DNA of 64,000 bases. Source: a virus. The stretch covers positions 1 to 64,000 of IMG/VR virus record IMGVR_UViG_3300035698_006183; one strand, 5' to 3'. The position numbers and the translations under genes were made by a program. The notes under the pieces were generated by a model. That model saw nothing but the letters and a program-made list of their open reading frames with translations. It was not told the DNA's origin and searched no databases. The first letter of the stretch is position 1. Each line of letters starts with the position of its first letter. Of the stretch, positions 60,301-64,000 are shown piece by piece.

Positions 60301-63300
60301 CATCTACGTCTGGTGCTCCTTCAGATGAAATCTGGTGGGACCCAGCTCATGTTCAGTTATGGAATCGTCTTCCTTCTTTAGGATGGCCAGCTCCTTCTGC
60401 TGAAAACTATGGTGGTGAGGTTGTCGGTTACACAGAACAGGACAGAGAAAACGAACTGTTCTATGATAGAGGAAGCAAAACAGCTATCTTCCGACCGTTC
60501 CGTGACCGCCAGATGACCCTTCAGGCCGTCAGCATCCGAAACGACGACGGAACCACAGGCTTCCCGAATGCAACTACAGGTTTGGAAGGTGGTTTTGAGT
60601 ACCTGACCAAAGCTATCAATAAAGATGCTGGACAGCTCTTTACACCGAACAAGTTTGCTGGTTTCCCAGTACCATTCGAGTTCATGCCACGGTTTGGCCG
60701 ACAGGACATTCCTTACTATGTGGATATCAACTCTGGTAATGGACCATTCCTGAGTGGTATCAACCACTTGTTCGAGGACACCATCAACGTGGTATCCAAC
60801 ATCTTCAACATTATCGGTGGTGAGCCGAAGACTTCGGAAGTGGCCACTTTGATTTTCCGGACAGATACTCCAGCTCGTTATGCTGAATACGACACCTACA
60901 CAGGTATCGAGAACGAACGTCCTGTGATGTTTGCCCGTAAAACCACGGACATCAATATTCCTGCAGCTGCATTCGGCCCGGAGATTCTGGCTCAGTTGGC
61001 AGCAGTGAACTCATCCGACTTCGGTAAAGGACTCAAAGGAATTCAGCTTCCGCCGTACATTGGCCCAGCTCGTGTCCTTGGTGTATATGAGAAGACAGAC
61101 TTCGAAGCCAAAGGTGGTCATACCTTTAAAGGGAACCGCTGGCAGATGGAAGAAGCTGCTCCCCCGAACTTGCTGAGAACCGATGCTGACCGTCAGACTT
61201 TGTTCATCCTCCAGGATGGTGCAAAAGACTTGACAACGGAAGATGGAGACCACACGTACATCATCCCGTCGAATGCAATCGACTTCACCAGGTCTTTGAC
61301 TTATATCACGGCAGGGGATGCTACCAAGACCTTTGAAGATTACGAATACGTGGTGGAATGCACAGTCTTCGGATTTGCCAAAGGCTTCATCAACGAAAAC
61401 AACTATGTTCTGATGCGTGAACTCAATGGCCACAATACTGGGGCAAACGTGGATAACTTCCCCGACCCCATCGAGTACGACGACATCCGTATGGTTATCC
61501 CATGCCCAGCCGGTGACAGTGACCAACTGTACTCGGCTTACAACCGAACTGTTTACCAGGGTGACCCCTACTTCTCCGTGAATGGGAGTGCCGCTGATTA
61601 TACTAACAGATATGGCCAAATCAGCATCGGTGACCAGTATGACATGAGGATTCCAGTCCAACAGTACGACAGCAATGGTAACTTCATACCTGAAATCACC
61701 AACCCCAAATCATTTGAAGTTCTGGCCTCAATGGACTTCTACACGACTATGGGAACTGGTAAAATGGCTGGGGACTTTTACCCAGGAACTCCGCTGGACA
61801 TTGGCCACACAGAATGGAATCGGGATGCTTCTTTCAGAAGCCCTGAAACTAATACCAGCCCAGCCTGGAGAATTATGCCTCGGACATATTCTGAGGGACA
61901 GAAATCGAACCCGAACCGAGCAGGATTAACCCTCATCTGCCAGGATAATGCTGGTTGGTGTGTAGATGCCGACCCGGACTACAGCTTCATCCGATTCCGT
62001 TTCGGTTTATTGGATGGAACTCTGGTAGACCTCTATGGTGCTACCTCTGATACAGCCAGCATTCTGACTACGGGACTGGGGCTTGACAGTGCTGATGTAT
62101 TCGAAGTGGATGCAAATCAGGCTCAAGAGATTCTCGAAGGTTCCGAAGATAAAGATATAAACATCCCTGCTGGTGGTTCTACAGAGTACACTGTTGCAGT
62201 GGTAGGTTGTGTATCAGGAGATTCTGTGATTGTGAACTCTCCAGATTTACCGACCCGTCTTGTTACAATGAGTAAGGTTACAACTCCAGGTGAAGTTACA
62301 GTTACAATAATTGACCCTGGTGAAAAAGTTGACACCTACGTGACAGGGGATGAGTCAATCGTTTTTGCCAATCCTCTCCCTGCTAATACTTCAGCATCTT
62401 CAACGGTATCAATCCCTCTGGCAGATTTGCCTGATGATGATTATACTTTGTATGTGGAAGACACAGAACAGAACCCGTTATCTATTGACAGAATGATTTT
62501 CACATGTCAGTCGGCTATTAACGGTGCAAACTTGGATGTTAAGGTGTTTATCCATAATATTTCAAGTTCCTCCATACTTCTGGGTACACGGATTGTTAGA
62601 ATCGGAGTAGCTGGTTCTCGAGATGCTACTACTCAAAGTGATGTGACTCTCCATGCTAAAGTATTCCAGACAGTTGGAAAAATGTCAGCTACTCTGGTAA
62701 ACCTGATGGAGACCATCAATACTCACCCATCACTCTATCAAAATGTGAAGACTCTCGGTGAAGGTGACAACACTCTCAAAATCATCTCTGTCCCAACAGG
62801 AGCAGAGGGTAATGACATCACAGTTACAGCTCAAATGGTGGGTGTGGATGCTTCGGGTTCTCCAGTAGTTATTGCTGGTGAGTACACAGCACAGGATAAA
62901 GTTTATCCTCTGGAAGCTATTCCTTCTAATCAGAATCCACAACCGTTCGTGGCTTCGGCTTCGACTCCACTCATCGGTGGGATTAACTTCCCATTGAATG
63001 CTGGGAACGGCACAAGTCAAATAGGTCTGACTGGTATGACAGAGAGACTGCCTATGGGAGCATTGCTCCAGGACAGTGATTTCCTCTGTGAGAATCCTTT
63101 GAATGACCAGGCTTCGGCAGTGAAAACTGCTCCAGTTGGACCACATCCGATTCAAACTCTGATGCCGATGACGCAACAGGGTGAAGAATTTGAAAGATTC
63201 AACGGAGCACCTGGCCAGCTTCTAGCTCTGTCCGATGGATTTGAGTGTATCTCTGGTAACTTCAGCTCTTGGACTTCCACTCACACCACAGGCACGAAGA

Positions 63301-63734
63301 AATATCGTATCTACCGTGGAGCTGGTGCTCCCTACGTGTTATCGGGTAATAATCCTGGTGGCCCGATAGACTGGGTTTCGGATACATTCCCACCTTCCAG
63401 CCAGCCTGTCCTTAAAGGTGGAGTGTTGGCTTGCAGGGCTATGTTGGTCCGTAACTTCCCAGAATATCTGGTAACTTCTGACAAACATCCTTCTGAGGGT
63501 GATGAAATTCAGATGATTGTATTGACCTACGGACATCTTGGTGATGGCCGTTCCCAGTTCACTGGGGTTACTTTAGATGGCATTATTTCACCATCTGGGT
63601 ATGGTGAAGGATATGCTGCTGCTGACCGTTACCGAATCGGTGGACGCCCGATGTTCCGAGGCTTCTCCCGTCAAGTACCGAACCCAGCTACAGTTCAATT
63701 GGCGGTTTACCCTGATGCTATAAGGGAACCTTAA
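57312..63734 (+). CDS. Tail fibre / baseplate-attached appendage protein, paralog B (2140 aa)
   Basis: 'VSRTL...FNTVLWRKNKPPLDAELN', 'DFVFLEAW', 'VDGFSYAIPICAVFRR' and 'RPDGLYSDQV...ILDLRR' are collinear with 42594..46199. Confidence 0.6.
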   Translation: MANFGPDVSRTLEAVNRQFNTVLWRKNKPPLDAELNLMSQIEWDNLRDVLRSMMPSGFITDPTRPLEDFQFDPSWSNMFVLGNPTKQTLGETTTIESNPVVWANVNGWLIPVVGTNIDSAWLASQGEPTNIVRLNPPPESDARVDFVFLEAWQTRLDANPASAHKPASDKIWKYGNVEFGGTNLPDDLEDPTIGHQTSARVQVQYRIRVFGSGAGQGQSADLMNYPDGLGYPSILGQGASSAVVAGYPFQNMREELGDPSLWRAGDGNTANGMETVDGFSYAIPICAVFRRNSRVYVAMTAAGNPNHNGGFNRTPATSLLPNPLTGAKALTTATIVGVGAHTGIAASDGFSDSGFGVPATSADIPMPYGNSIEFEINVSGLDGSGLDDTAQNWPYTYIKIEDEIFSVASVDKVAGTIRIPENGRSRFGTTVTGHLTGTIIEFYNTRPDGLYSDQVDCCDILDLRRGLNANDWDFGRLLERGVADLLTGKLRTAWKREGASYGGTQGPVVHEVDHLYAYDSTHPNGTDPIDGPDGVRTVWSDAAAIQPNVTTLLDNAAVTSGSTPQTVESFNASVEWDVAPGFRPSGFLNTGGGLTEEESFSNGSVLLFHIGGDDGTEGARGTFRDGSTRAVRFLMPKEMWRSGYPVVDPGNGQQHPIQLRFWGERAFEPAPENLDAVKAARHVGPMYPWKDLSFEYPFIALGGILNDGGLMQIDVPNSSFQAVTEYDTEVFSNYDIIEIDLNSYDFNANGTYGHWTEDSIGAKQFTNDPSLVSKPLLRGERTLYGLLTDNGRDLTGLSSEVYLVIYGDDTWRDNNGAFQVIGVGTEGYTTNNAVNGTSLVLRPLSADFVDFDFTTAKTLRVEFRTPYHNADDASDAESRVADLAVVLTDLGGILDKEIRVSDMTISTGDHPWKREHLGDVAGTTYDLAIPYDTGAPAVNIAACKALVDLTLIYHPGRGSMNRVPDELNRFALKGNNTLPASGGYLRGNPANIDTTFASTSGAPSDEIWWDPAHVQLWNRLPSLGWPAPSAENYGGEVVGYTEQDRENELFYDRGSKTAIFRPFRDRQMTLQAVSIRNDDGTTGFPNATTGLEGGFEYLTKAINKDAGQLFTPNKFAGFPVPFEFMPRFGRQDIPYYVDINSGNGPFLSGINHLFEDTINVVSNIFNIIGGEPKTSEVATLIFRTDTPARYAEYDTYTGIENERPVMFARKTTDINIPAAAFGPEILAQLAAVNSSDFGKGLKGIQLPPYIGPARVLGVYEKTDFEAKGGHTFKGNRWQMEEAAPPNLLRTDADRQTLFILQDGAKDLTTEDGDHTYIIPSNAIDFTRSLTYITAGDATKTFEDYEYVVECTVFGFAKGFINENNYVLMRELNGHNTGANVDNFPDPIEYDDIRMVIPCPAGDSDQLYSAYNRTVYQGDPYFSVNGSAADYTNRYGQISIGDQYDMRIPVQQYDSNGNFIPEITNPKSFEVLASMDFYTTMGTGKMAGDFYPGTPLDIGHTEWNRDASFRSPETNTSPAWRIMPRTYSEGQKSNPNRAGLTLICQDNAGWCVDADPDYSFIRFRFGLLDGTLVDLYGATSDTASILTTGLGLDSADVFEVDANQAQEILEGSEDKDINIPAGGSTEYTVAVVGCVSGDSVIVNSPDLPTRLVTMSKVTTPGEVTVTIIDPGEKVDTYVTGDESIVFANPLPANTSASSTVSIPLADLPDDDYTLYVEDTEQNPLSIDRMIFTCQSAINGANLDVKVFIHNISSSSILLGTRIVRIGVAGSRDATTQSDVTLHAKVFQTVGKMSATLVNLMETINTHPSLYQNVKTLGEGDNTLKIISVPTGAEGNDITVTAQMVGVDASGSPVVIAGEYTAQDKVYPLEAIPSNQNPQPFVASASTPLIGGINFPLNAGNGTSQIGLTGMTERLPMGALLQDSDFLCENPLNDQASAVKTAPVGPHPIQTLMPMTQQGEEFERFNGAPGQLLALSDGFECISGNFSSWTSTHTTGTKKYRIYRGAGAPYVLSGNNPGGPIDWVSDTFPPSSQPVLKGGVLACRAMLVRNFPEYLVTSDKHPSEGDEIQMIVLTYGHLGDGRSQFTGVTLDGIISPSGYGEGYAAADRYRIGGRPMFRGFSRQVPNPATVQLAVYPDAIREP

Positions 63735-63750
63735 TCAAGGAGGAATGAAG

Positions 63751-64000
63751 ATGAAGAATTTAGTATGGTTATTGGTATTAGCAGCATTCACGATGAGTGG
63801 ATGTGCGGCTCTCGATTATTTCAAGAAAGCCGACAATCAGGAAAACCTGGTAAAATTGGGAATCACTTGCTTTGAAAGTAAAGATTACACGATTGGTATC
63901 GAATACGGTCTTACCAGAGATGGTGAAGAAATCACGAATGCTACTCAGGTCGGTGGGATTATCGGATGTGATAACAAGAAGTTCTCAGTTATATGTGATG
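63751..64000 (+). CDS. Lipoprotein (3' truncated; absent from the ORF track)
   Basis: AAGGAGG lies 7 nt before ATG 63751. Translates to MKNLVWLLVLAAFTMSG-CAALDYFKKADNQENL..., i.e. basic N-terminus, hydrophobic core and lipobox-like MSGC. The frame stays open to the window end. Confidence 0.75.
   Translation, partial: MKNLVWLLVLAAFTMSGCAALDYFKKADNQENLVKLGITCFESKDYTIGIEYGLTRDGEEITNATQVGGIIGCDNKKFSVICD

Noticed and set aside
99-63536. Numerous short minus-strand and alternate-frame ORFs in the track (e.g. 15468..16082, 24948..25511, 61011..61661)
   Set aside because: All lie inside long + strand genes, lack recognisable motifs and read as antisense or frame shadows.
33439-63734. Diversity-generating retroelement or invertible fibre cassette
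   Set aside because: No reverse transcriptase, recombinase, near-identical nucleotide repeat pair or inverted gene segment was seen. Paralog similarity is evident at protein level only.
1-64000. T6SS or typical eCIS/tailocin locus
   Set aside because: No TssJLM/ClpV, Afp15-type ATPase, DUF4255 cap, toxin or host genes are visible. The tape measure, multiple fibres and operon style favour a phage, though flanks are needed to be certain.
1-64000. Stop-codon reassignment, introns or inteins in the giant genes
   Set aside because: Standard-code ORFs tile the window, and TAA, TAG and TGA are all used as stops at tight junctions. No intein or homing-endonuclease motifs were noticed.
1-64000. CRISPR arrays, tRNA/rRNA genes, IS elements
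   Set aside because: Intergenic gaps are at most about 65 nt and no such repeats or structures are visible.

Overview
The window is a dense, almost gap-free run of 22 genes, all on the + strand. It reads as the tail/baseplate/fibre module of a large contractile-tailed (myovirus-type, probably jumbo) bacteriophage. Gene order: tape-measure C-terminus (cut by the left edge), two paralogous tube-initiator-like proteins, gp27-like hub, gp5/gpV-like spike, a nearly uncharged 200-aa protein with a threefold internal repeat, a 3877-aa giant, three unknowns, gp25-like, baseplate J-like and gpI-like wedge proteins, then about 30 kb of very large fibre/appendage genes (914, 1881, 1201, ~1270, 2120 and 2140 aa, plus a DUF3751-like collar protein), and a lipoprotein cut by the right edge. 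No sheath, tube, capsid, replication, RNA, CRISPR or mobile-element genes are visible. All family assignments come from motifs read by eye plus gene order, with no database search. Most noteworthy: (i) a pseudo-threefold, hydrophobic candidate spike tip where PAAR would sit; (ii) the giant-protein block between spike and wedge genes; (iii) a shared three-block motif (YGRT-N7-YKAT-N11/12-NYAG) in four intergenic gaps, probably a phage late promoter; (iv) small domains reused and nested across several structural proteins.
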